NCBI GenBank assembly: GCA_018667575.1
Contig: JABIUA010000017.1
Span: 1-62,634 of the forward strand
Source of the DNA: Methanobacteriota archaeon
GTDB taxonomy: Archaea; Thermoplasmatota; Poseidoniia; Poseidoniales; Poseidoniaceae
Direction of reading: 5' to 3'
DNA: 62,634 nucleotides
The number at the start of each line of letters is the position of its first letter. The stretch's first letter is position 1. Under the pieces are notes generated by a model. That model made no database searches and was not told the DNA's origin. It saw only the letters and a list, made by a program, of their open reading frames with translations. The position numbers were made by a program, and so were the translations under genes. Shown here piece after piece: positions 54,609-62,634 of the stretch.

Positions 54609-55700
54609 ATGGCTGAAGTACCGTCTGGGCAGAGGATGACTTATGGAGGATATCTACGACTCGAAGAATTACTACAATTGCAGGAAGGTCCAGAGGGATA
54701 TCTTCCTCAACCTTGCAATGATGAGAAGCACTTCATAATCGTTCACCAAGCATTTGAATTATGGTTTAAACTAATTATATCAGAATTGAAATGTGCTCAT
54801 GCCATCCTTAATTCCGATAAAGTGGAAGAAAAAGTAATGCCAAAACTTGTTCATCATCTTGAGCGTGTCACTTCAATTTTCAGTTTGATGTCTCAGCAAT
54901 GGAAGGTGATGGAGACCTTGGCGCCTCAAGAGTTTTTAGCATTTAGAGACAGATTAGGTACTTCATCAGGATTTGAGTCATGGCAAATGAGGGAACTGGA
55001 AGTACTACTCGGACTAGAACATGAAACTCACGGAGGTATGAATCCACTAACTCATATGAGAAAATTAGCCGAAGAAGGTAAAGTTTCGAAAAGCGTTCTT
55101 GAAAACTTCGAGAATGTTTCTAGTCAACCATCCATCAGAGAGTCATTGGAAGATTGGCTTTCTAGGACTCCAATCAATGGCTCATTGAGTGGCGATGACA
55201 ATGATTCGGAAGTTGTATCCAAATTTATCGATAGTCACATTTCTGCTATGAAAAAACATTCTGAGCACGTGATATCTCACATTGTTAAAATTGGTCATGG
55301 TGTTGAATCTCAAGTCAGGCCAAGGATGGAAGCTTCAATTACTCAAGCAGAAAGTTTCCTTAGGCCAGAAGGAGTTGTAAATCGATCTAGAGCCGGCCTA
55401 TTATTTATCGAATCATACAGAGAGTTACCTTTACTGTCATGGCCTAGAATTTTAATTGATTCTTTTGTAGAACTTGAACAATCCATGCTATTATTCAGAA
55501 ATTCCCATGCGAGAATGGTTGAACGAATGATAGGACGAAGGATGGGAACTGGTGGTTCAAGCGGTGTTGACTATCTTGATGCAACATTGAAGTACAGAAT
55601 TTTCGTAGATTTGTGGGCTGTACGTACAATACTAATCAAAAGAGATAATCTTAAAGATTTATCAAATCCAGAATATTATGGATTTAATTCAAATAACTGA
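54609..55700 (+). CDS. kynA: Tryptophan 2,3-dioxygenase
   Basis: YGGYLRLEELLQLQ, HFIIVHQAFELWFKL, FRD.LG.SSGF.S and GTGGSSGVDYL are classical TDO motifs. Confidence 0.85.
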   Translation: MAEVPSGQRMTYGGYLRLEELLQLQEGPEGYLPQPCNDEKHFIIVHQAFELWFKLIISELKCAHAILNSDKVEEKVMPKLVHHLERVTSIFSLMSQQWKVMETLAPQEFLAFRDRLGTSSGFESWQMRELEVLLGLEHETHGGMNPLTHMRKLAEEGKVSKSVLENFENVSSQPSIRESLEDWLSRTPINGSLSGDDNDSEVVSKFIDSHISAMKKHSEHVISHIVKIGHGVESQVRPRMEASITQAESFLRPEGVVNRSRAGLLFIESYRELPLLSWPRILIDSFVELEQSMLLFRNSHARMVERMIGRRMGTGGSSGVDYLDATLKYRIFVDLWAVRTILIKRDNLKDLSNPEYYGFNSNN

Positions 55701-55701
55701 A

Positions 55702-55956
55702 TTAGTTTTCGTGAGGGTCGATATCGATTGGTATCAACTCATGCTCGTATTCGAATAGAGCAATTTTCAAAGGATCTAGTACGTATCTAACAGAAGCCTC
55801 CTCAAATCCATATAATGAAATTAATTCTTCCTTGAATGCGTTACGAAGGTCATCTTCACCAGCATATAGTGGTGCTCCCATTCCAATTTGTAAGGCTCTA
55901 GCCCCAATTATTCTAGCACGTTCGAAGCGGGTATGTAGTCTAGCTGGTTTAACCAT
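55702..55956 (-). CDS. rpoK: DNA-directed RNA polymerase subunit K (Rpo6)
   Basis: [20 protein letters not shown] is the Rpo6/RpoK core motif. I prefer the ATG at 55956. The ORF is open to 56001. Confidence 0.85.
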   Translation of the reverse strand: MVKPARLHTRFERARIIGARALQIGMGAPLYAGEDDLRNAFKEELISLYGFEEASVRYVLDPLKIALFEYEHELIPIDIDPHEN

Positions 55957-56036
55957 AATTTGACACCTGCGAGTGTGAGTCGCATGTAAGCGTGATATCA
56001 ACTGTTTTTGAACCTACCCCATGTCAAAGAGTTAGT

Positions 56037-56996
56037 TTACTCTTGTTCATCAGGTGGATTTTCATCCTCAAATTTTCTCAAACCTTGGAACATAATCAAT
56101 CCCGGAAGAAGTATTGTGAACATGATTAATCCAGTGACTATGGCCAATATTTTTGGATTTAAGGTTGCATCTTTTTCAGTATCATTTTGCTTGTAATCCT
56201 CTTGATTAAAATTAAAATTACCAGTAGGCTGAGTGGATGCTGATGTTAATTCAGCCGAGCCGATGTCCTCAAGCATGAATACTAATCTACCGTCCCAGTC
56301 TTCAATCCATTCAGAAATATTTGCAGACTTATTTCCAGAATGGAATGATAGTAGCGAAGTGGCTAAATTGGGGTGGGAATAATTCTCAAATTCATGCATA
56401 GTATCCTTTAGCATCCAAATGTTGAGATTATATCCCTCGCTTGCATTCCAGAATAGTGTTCCATTTTGATAATTGATATCTGAAATTCCGCTATATGTTC
56501 TATTTTGCTGTTGTAATACTTGACTGATCTCTAATGCTTGACTAGAGCCTGTAAGCAATGATTCCCCGTTTATCACAAGAGATGGAATAAATAGTAGCCT
56601 ATACTGATTTTCAAATTTCATTTTTGATTGACTAAAGAATGTGTTATCGCTTGTAGATGGGTGATGTTGTATTATCACAGACCGGTTTGAGTCAATATTG
56701 CTAATTTCTTGTTCGACTTCCATACAAGGTTCGCACCAATCTGCCCCGAAATACTCGACCAAGTTATCCGGTCTCCATGAGTTACATGATTCTTCATCCT
56801 GGCATGTCGAATCCAGTACATGAACATCTAGCAGAACAGCGGTTTCTTGGGCTTCAACTTGTTCTGCAACAGAGTTATTTGGAAGTAATGCGATAATTAG
56901 AAACAGAGTAAGTACTTTTGTAGATAATTTAGTTCTTGTAAATGTAAATCTGTTCGGGCATGTGTTGAAAAGGGGCGTACCCTTCCGTCTGCCCAT
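56037..56996 (-). CDS. Membrane-anchored thioredoxin-fold protein (WCEPC motif)
   Basis: N-terminal anchor LTLFLIIALL, then VEYFGADWCEPCMEVEQE (CxxC in a thioredoxin-like context), and a C-terminal TM AIVTGLIMFTILLPGLIMF. The ORF is open to 57083. The ATG at 56996 gives a basic N-terminus before the anchor. Confidence 0.55.
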   Translation of the reverse strand: MGRRKGTPLFNTCPNRFTFTRTKLSTKVLTLFLIIALLPNNSVAEQVEAQETAVLLDVHVLDSTCQDEESCNSWRPDNLVEYFGADWCEPCMEVEQEISNIDSNRSVIIQHHPSTSDNTFFSQSKMKFENQYRLLFIPSLVINGESLLTGSSQALEISQVLQQQNRTYSGISDINYQNGTLFWNASEGYNLNIWMLKDTMHEFENYSHPNLATSLLSFHSGNKSANISEWIEDWDGRLVFMLEDIGSAELTSASTQPTGNFNFNQEDYKQNDTEKDATLNPKILAIVTGLIMFTILLPGLIMFQGLRKFEDENPPDEQE

Positions 56997-58062
56997 GGAC
57001 ACTGCTTGGTGGCGACGCCCATCAACATTACCTTTGATTATTTTATCAATGGCTCTTTTGATTATAATTGCAGGAGGCTCCATTAGGATTAATGATGCAG
57101 GCGAATCATGTCCAGATTGGCCAAAGTGTTTTGGTACATACGGGTTTGATGTGTCTCCTGAGGAGCAGGGTCAGTACTGGGAAGAAAATCCGGATGAAAT
57201 TGATTCACGTGGTGAATTCCATAGATACACAGTGTTTGAGATATTCCTCGAATGGGTTCATCGTTTACTAGTTGGAATTATTGCAATTCCCATCATTGCT
57301 AACTTTTTCATATCTAGGAAGAGGATAGAAACTTATGGTAAATCGAATTATTATTCTTCAATATTCATCGGAATTATGTTAGTTATTCAAGCGGCAGCAG
57401 GCGCAACTACAGTATTTTTTGACAATGCGGACTGGACGGTAGCACTACATCTCTCACTCGCATGTATTTTCTCAGCATCTATAATTTGGCAATATTTGCT
57501 GATGCGTGTTAAAGAGGGTGTAAGTTGGACTTTTCTTTCCACATCAAAACAATTTATTGAAGAGAATAAAAAGAGATTTGATGCAATTGCAGGGTCAGTA
57601 CTATTCTTACTTATTCTTGGAGCATGGGTATCTTCTACAGCAGGCGGACAATATAATCAATCATGCTCAGTAGGATTTCCAGATGGATGGCCGAAATGTA
57701 ACGGTTCAATTTTACCATCAATGGATGGTCCCGGTGTACTAATACAAATGATTCATCGTATTGGTGCTCTAGTAATCGGTTTCATTCTACTCGCTTCAAT
57801 AATCAAGGTTAAGAAAGATAATGAAGACTCACCGGAATCAGATATTTTTGTCAAATATATGTATCATACTGGTCAACTTTGGTTGTTAAACTTACTGATT
57901 GGTGCTAGTTATTTGATTTTTGCAAAGGCTGGAGACTTCCCTGAATGGCTTTCTCTGCTTCATTTGGTTGGCGGGGTTTCTTGTTTCCTAGTTTCCCTAG
58001 TTTGTCCGTTTATGATTAGGTTGTCATCACTATCAACAAATATAAACTCGGCAGAGGAGTGA
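56995..58062 (+). CDS. ctaA: Heme A synthase (COX15/CtaA family)
   Basis: GGSIRINDAGESCPDWPKCFG N-terminal motif, about 8 TM spans, conserved His in TM helices (WVHR, MIHR, LLHL). The start is uncertain (GTG 56962, ATG 56995 or ATG 57049). Confidence 0.8.
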   Translation: MDTAWWRRPSTLPLIILSMALLIIIAGGSIRINDAGESCPDWPKCFGTYGFDVSPEEQGQYWEENPDEIDSRGEFHRYTVFEIFLEWVHRLLVGIIAIPIIANFFISRKRIETYGKSNYYSSIFIGIMLVIQAAAGATTVFFDNADWTVALHLSLACIFSASIIWQYLLMRVKEGVSWTFLSTSKQFIEENKKRFDAIAGSVLFLLILGAWVSSTAGGQYNQSCSVGFPDGWPKCNGSILPSMDGPGVLIQMIHRIGALVIGFILLASIIKVKKDNEDSPESDIFVKYMYHTGQLWLLNLLIGASYLIFAKAGDFPEWLSLLHLVGGVSCFLVSLVCPFMIRLSSLSTNINSAEE

Positions 58063-58067
58063 GCCTC

Positions 58068-59093
58068 ATGGACGATACTGTTGCCTTGGATGCCGGTGTC
58101 GAAAGTCATCCAGGATGGATGAGCGTATTTATTCAGTTAATGAAATTACGAGTAATCGTTTTACTTCAAATAACCGCAGTTTGCGCAATATTGATTCACG
58201 ATTTATTATCACGTCACGGGTTGCTAGATATTGAAAGAACTTGGACGGATACTTGTTTTACTATTCTAATTACTTTAATCGGAGGTACATTATCTGCAGG
58301 TGGTTCAAATTCTATCAATATGTGGTATGATTCTGACATAGATGTATTGATGAGAAGAACTCAAAAGAGGCCAATTCCGTTAGGTCATATTTCGCCAGTT
58401 GGTGCGCTTATATTTGGAATAATAATTTCATTATTGGGGTCCTCGGTATTTTTTGTTTTGCACTGGAAGGCAGCCTTTTGGTCCTTCTTTTCTGTGTTCT
58501 TTTATGTTTTGATATATTCTATGTGGTTGAAGAGAAGAACACCTCAAAACATAGTCATTGGAGGAATTGCCGGTGCAACTCCACCTCTAATCGGCTGGGC
58601 AGGAGCTGCAGGAGAATCTTTGAATAATCTAAATCCGTTTGATTTAGGCTCTGCAATCCCTTGGATGCTCTTTGCACTAATCTTCCTATGGACACCTCCA
58701 CATTTTTGGGCACTTGCTCTGTATCGTTCTGGTGAATACGCTAAAGCAGAAGTTCCTATGATGAATGAGGTAAAAGGGGCCGAGTATACTTTGAAACAAT
58801 CAAAAATTTACTGCGTATTACTCTTTCTGCTCAGTATAGTTCCATACTTCTGGCCTGAATCAGGATTGCCAATGTTGTGGATTCCAATTTCAGTTGGACT
58901 TACTATCTGGTATTCTATTTCGGTTTGGAACATTGATCCAAAAGAAGAATTTGATTCTAACGGCCGAATGCCAAAGGCAGCCAAATCATTTTTCCGTTCG
59001 TTATACTATCTTGGTTGGATGTTCATTCTTTTGGTATTGATTTGTATCATTCCACCTGATTTACTGGGTTGGCTGGGTCCATTAGAGTCTTAA
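58068..59093 (+). CDS. ctaB: Protoheme IX farnesyltransferase (heme O synthase), UbiA family
   Basis: NMWYDSDIDVLMRRTQKRPIPLG and PPHFWALA motifs. The ATG at 58068 is preceded by gaggag. An alternative GTG at 58059 overlaps the ctaA stop. Confidence 0.9.
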   Translation: MDDTVALDAGVESHPGWMSVFIQLMKLRVIVLLQITAVCAILIHDLLSRHGLLDIERTWTDTCFTILITLIGGTLSAGGSNSINMWYDSDIDVLMRRTQKRPIPLGHISPVGALIFGIIISLLGSSVFFVLHWKAAFWSFFSVFFYVLIYSMWLKRRTPQNIVIGGIAGATPPLIGWAGAAGESLNNLNPFDLGSAIPWMLFALIFLWTPPHFWALALYRSGEYAKAEVPMMNEVKGAEYTLKQSKIYCVLLFLLSIVPYFWPESGLPMLWIPISVGLTIWYSISVWNIDPKEEFDSNGRMPKAAKSFFRSLYYLGWMFILLVLICIIPPDLLGWLGPLES

Positions 59094-59152
59094 AATCACT
59101 TGATTTCTTGACCGTCATATTCATGACTTAAACGAAAGTGGCGAGGTTTACT

Positions 59153-59239
59153 GCGGCAGTCGCATAGCCTGGCCATTGCGCTGGATTGCTAATCCAGTGG
59201 TGTTTCACCTCGGGAGTTCGAATCTCCCCTGCCGCGCCA
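59153..59239 (+). tRNA. tRNA-Ser (anticodon GCU), class II with long variable arm, encoded CCA
   Basis: Acceptor GCGGCAG/CTGCCGC (7 bp). Anticodon stem CTGGA/TCCAG with loop TTGCTAA (anticodon GCT). Variable arm GGTG-TTT-CACC. T arm GGGAG-TTCGAAT-CTCCC. Discriminator G plus CCA. Confidence 0.9.
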
Positions 59240-59244
59240 TAACG

Positions 59245-62214
59245 TCAGTCAAAGAAGTCATCAAATTCGTCTGCCATTGAGTCAGCCATCTTTTGTCTGT
59301 TTCTAGCATTGATTACTCTATTTAGACGCTTACGCTTCTTGATTATCAGTGGGAGTGCTATGAAGCTAAAACAAATAGTTACTAGTACAACAACCCCTGC
59401 AATTTTAAATTCATCTTGTTCTAAACTATCACTGAAGTTTCCAAGCCATTCATTTCCTAATGGTGGTTCTTCCGGCTCTTCTTCTGCTGGAATTATGTGT
59501 TGGTAATATGACCACCAGTCATCTTCGATGTACACTCTTTCAACATTTTGTGATGGGAATTGGATGACACTCTTTTCATTTCCAACCCAGTCCACTGGTG
59601 TCAAAATATAGTAGTAAGTTCTTTGAGGTCTAATTCCATCATCTTCCCAGCCGTATTCAGTATAGTTCCCTGACTGCATAGGAATTGCTTCCATATCTGC
59701 CAAGATGGGGTTGATCAAAGATATATCAATACCATCAGGATTTTGTTCAATTCGGTATAGGTTCCAAGTGACATTTCCATCAATTTCGTGTTCTGGCCAA
59801 GTCCATGTGAGTTCCACAGAATAGCACATTGACCAATCATTTTCAATCTTGAAGCAGTCGCTACTATTAGTGAACTCCCAAGTGTGTTGGAATTGAATGG
59901 CAGTGGTAGTAGGTGGCTCGTTATCACCACACAGATATGTCCCGTTTCCGCCTTCGTCAGTAGTAACATTTGCTCTTTCGAAATAAGCAGTTCCTTGTCG
60001 GTCCACTGGGACAATGGCATAGGAAGAACATAATCCCTCTTCAAGTTTCAATGGGTCGTTCCATGTACTCTCTTCGATACTTAAGAACGCTCTAAAAGAA
60101 TTTGTTGTTAGGTCATCCCACACCAACTGATTGAATATTTGATTAGATGATGGGAATACAGTTCCTCCAGTTTCAGGTAAACTGATTTGATAGATGTTCC
60201 ATCCTCCGATATAGTCATTGTTTATATCACCAGTAGGGGTCCATTCTAGACTAAATTTGCCTCCCTCTGCTAGCGATGTAGTGAAATTTTCAGCGTAGAC
60301 TTCGGGGGTATTGATTTGTCCTATTATTAGTATAGTAATGGAATTATAAATAGTCAATGATATATTCTCATTTAATGCGTCAAATACAGGTTCTGATGAT
60401 TCAAATATCTCCCATGTAGTATCTTCGAAATTATCCAAACTTCGAATTTCCAATGAATTGAATGGGATGGAATCTAGTAACAAATAGGATGTGTTTAATT
60501 CAATGTTCATCCAGTTTGAGCCTGTGAATAGAGAACTGTTATCCGATTCCCTAATTAAATTAAAAGATAGCATTAGAAGTGGAGATTTACCATTACCCAC
60601 TCCATATGATTCGCCGATAATTGGTAACATAGTCTGTGTTATTATCACAGATTCTTCAGTCGTGACGCCAGATGCGATAAATTCAGGGAAATTATCTTGT
60701 TCGGCATAATAGTATACATTTACAACTTCAAATATATTTTCAGTATTACCAAAAACATCACGAACAGTCAGTCTAATTATGTGCTCTCCAAGTCCCAAGG
60801 AGTTAGAATCGATAATTAGATTTTCACCATATCCTAGATTTATAATTCCAGCATACCACCAAGAGTAATTAATTGGGCCAGGAGCGAATAAGTTAGCATT
60901 ACCTGTTAGACTGATTTGGTCTAGATTTGTATACCATGGTTTTTGATTATTGTTCACTATGTATCCGCTCAATGATGGAATTACAATATCGGTATTTTCT
61001 ATAATTTGATTATTTTCAATAATAGTGTCATTTCCATCTTCAGTGATAACTGGAATAGATACTATCATTTCCAAATATTCTCCGCTCGTAAGAACGTCAA
61101 AATTACAAGCGAATGAATTGCCCGGATGAATTAATTCAACAAAGCAATCATCTAGCGTTTGAGACTCACCTATCGCATTAAACACTTCCATAGTAACAGT
61201 TAGATTGTGTACAGACTTATTCCCGTCATTGGATATTTGTGCGTAAACCATATTTTCTCCAAAGTAATATTCCGAAGATGAGGGGTTGTGAGATGGATTC
61301 ATTTGAAGAAGTACTAAATCAACATCATCATTTATTGTAATTAATTCTTGATTAATATTATTGTCATTCACCATATCATTATTGGGGCTACCGGCCGAGT
61401 TGAACATGCCATAGTGAAGCATAAAATTCCCAGTCGCATTGTGACTGAAATCAGGTAAACTAATCGAAAAGGGTTTGTAATATCCATACTGGGGGAAGGA
61501 TGAATGGTCGGTCAACGATTCAGAGATTTTCTCGCTAGAATCAATATTCCATAACTGCCATCCAATACTTGCATTAATTTGACAAGAACCGCACAAATGG
61601 GAATATCCATTGAATTCGAATGAGTAATTAGTATTAGAATTGATTATCGACTGCCCTTCATAATCTGCAAGATTCTCGGTTTGGTCTAGGATATTTATTT
61701 CGTCATTTATCATTATATCCGTGTAAGTGGTAGTGGAGTTTACTATGAATGAAAATTCATCATTACTTGAATCAAAATCTAATTGGTCGAATTTGTAAAT
61801 AATAGTCATATTTCCATTGTAGCCATTTGGATTGAAGTAGGTAGTTGATTCGAAAGTTTGTTTTATTCCTGGTAGTATTGAACTAATTGTAATACTGCCA
61901 TCTTCTACACTTGAACTGATACAAGTGTTAGTATTCTTGACCCCCTCACAAACGTACCAGTCTAATACTCTTCCAGAAGCGGATGGTGAGGCATGAAAGT
62001 TCTCAATTTCTACCTGCAATAAAATAGAGTCATAAGCTGCTATCCATGTATCTTCTAGCGGATAAACAGTTGAGTTGATGCCCAAGTCTCCTCCTGCTGC
62101 AGCTTCGCTGCTAGGCGCCATTGCTATGCTTGAAAGTGAAGCAAATAGTAGCAAAAAAACAAACGTAAAGCAACTTTTTTGGTTGCCATTTAGCCGCTTA
62201 TTAACCGCACTCAT
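59245..62214 (-). CDS. Large (~990 aa) extracellular protein, single C-terminal TM and short acidic cytoplasmic tail
   Basis: Signal peptide CFTFVFLLLFASLSSIAMA. Asn/Ser/Thr-rich with many N-x-S/T sequons. TM VVVLVTICFSFIALPLII followed by KKRKRLNR...ADEFDDFFD. I prefer the ATG at 62214. The ORF is open to 62229. Confidence 0.65.
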   Translation of the reverse strand: MSAVNKRLNGNQKSCFTFVFLLLFASLSSIAMAPSSEAAAGGDLGINSTVYPLEDTWIAAYDSILLQVEIENFHASPSASGRVLDWYVCEGVKNTNTCISSSVEDGSITISSILPGIKQTFESTTYFNPNGYNGNMTIIYKFDQLDFDSSNDEFSFIVNSTTTYTDIMINDEINILDQTENLADYEGQSIINSNTNYSFEFNGYSHLCGSCQINASIGWQLWNIDSSEKISESLTDHSSFPQYGYYKPFSISLPDFSHNATGNFMLHYGMFNSAGSPNNDMVNDNNINQELITINDDVDLVLLQMNPSHNPSSSEYYFGENMVYAQISNDGNKSVHNLTVTMEVFNAIGESQTLDDCFVELIHPGNSFACNFDVLTSGEYLEMIVSIPVITEDGNDTIIENNQIIENTDIVIPSLSGYIVNNNQKPWYTNLDQISLTGNANLFAPGPINYSWWYAGIINLGYGENLIIDSNSLGLGEHIIRLTVRDVFGNTENIFEVVNVYYYAEQDNFPEFIASGVTTEESVIITQTMLPIIGESYGVGNGKSPLLMLSFNLIRESDNSSLFTGSNWMNIELNTSYLLLDSIPFNSLEIRSLDNFEDTTWEIFESSEPVFDALNENISLTIYNSITILIIGQINTPEVYAENFTTSLAEGGKFSLEWTPTGDINNDYIGGWNIYQISLPETGGTVFPSSNQIFNQLVWDDLTTNSFRAFLSIEESTWNDPLKLEEGLCSSYAIVPVDRQGTAYFERANVTTDEGGNGTYLCGDNEPPTTTAIQFQHTWEFTNSSDCFKIENDWSMCYSVELTWTWPEHEIDGNVTWNLYRIEQNPDGIDISLINPILADMEAIPMQSGNYTEYGWEDDGIRPQRTYYYILTPVDWVGNEKSVIQFPSQNVERVYIEDDWWSYYQHIIPAEEEPEEPPLGNEWLGNFSDSLEQDEFKIAGVVVLVTICFSFIALPLIIKKRKRLNRVINARNRQKMADSMADEFDDFFD

Positions 62215-62337
62215 GCACCTTCCTCTCATTGAACATTCAAAGACTCATCGCTTCCATTTGACAAAAAGTGGCAAAAATCATACCCAATCATGTATGTCAA
62301 TCGGTAACCTCTTGAATCACTCTCACTTACCACTAAC

Positions 62338-62634
62338 ATGCGCAAGCAGTCTCATCATTCTCTTCAAAGAGATGAAACGGCTTTGACCGCAGTTATTGAA
62401 TTTCTTTCAGCCTTCACATTATTTTTGATGATATTGACTGCTTTTCTTTCATTGGCCCAGCTTGAAATGGGTTCGAACGACACATCTGTTGACCGAATTG
62501 ACCGTGCAGCATACAATGGTCTCGATCGAATGACATCAAATAGTGGGTGGTTTGTCCCTATGTCGGATTCGACTTTAGATTATGCAAATGCGACTGCAGA
62601 TTGGCATCAAATCGATGCAAGTGATTTACATCAA
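62338..62634 (+). CDS. Possible pilin-like protein with class III-type signal peptide (5' partial view, runs off window)
   Basis: ATG at 62338, open and in frame to the window end. MRKQSHHSLQRDETALTAVIEFLSAFTLFLMILTAFLSL has a charged N-terminus followed by a hydrophobic helix, as in archaeal type IV pilin / TadE-like N-termini. Confidence 0.3.
   Translation, partial: MRKQSHHSLQRDETALTAVIEFLSAFTLFLMILTAFLSLAQLEMGSNDTSVDRIDRAAYNGLDRMTSNSGWFVPMSDSTLDYANATADWHQIDASDLHQ

Noticed and set aside
59094-59260. tRNA-Ser as an integration site for a mobile element
   Set aside because: I saw no integrase, no duplicated copy of the tRNA 3' end, and no obvious compositional change in the flanking 3.4 kb. 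The idea cannot be excluded without comparing related genomes.
62075-62386. 103 aa plus-strand ORF across the 5' end of the large surface-protein gene
   Set aside because: It is mostly antisense to the signal-peptide region of the 990 aa gene. The in-frame pilin-like ORF starting at 62338 is in a different frame and reads on to the window end.

Overview
This 62.6 kb window is low-GC and densely coded on both strands. It looks like chromosomal DNA from a marine planktonic euryarchaeon, and a Marine Group II / Poseidoniales-like origin is my inference, not a search result. Archaeal hallmark genes include RNA polymerase subunit K, PurP, RibL, the archaeal GHMP-type shikimate kinase, the ADH-synthase/DHQ-synthase-II shikimate entry, Gar1 and PGF-CTERM anchored proteins. 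They are interleaved with bacterial-looking genes: GpsA, a PlsC-like acyltransferase, oligoribonuclease, tryptophan 2,3-dioxygenase, acyl-CoA dehydrogenase and CtaA/CtaB. I found one tRNA, tRNA-Ser(GCU). I found no rRNA, CRISPR array, transposase or integrase. The most unusual locus is 6993-10882. It encodes a two-lobed lipoprotein whose lobes both carry the classical transferrin motifs, including Asp/Tyr/Tyr/His iron-ligand positions and the CHTG..SAG anion-binding helix start. Directly downstream are PhnC/PhnE-type ABC importer genes. Other items worth follow-up: a membrane-anchored protein made of ER/K helices alternating with a duplicated DLDLHV-motif domain; a Gar1 with eukaryote-like RGG repeats and a RanBP2-type zinc finger; a molybdenum hydroxylase whose FAD subunit has a 4-hydroxybenzoyl-CoA-reductase-like Cys insertion; and a four-gene MoxR/DUF58 membrane module. 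All calls come from reading the translations and recalled family motifs. No database search was run.
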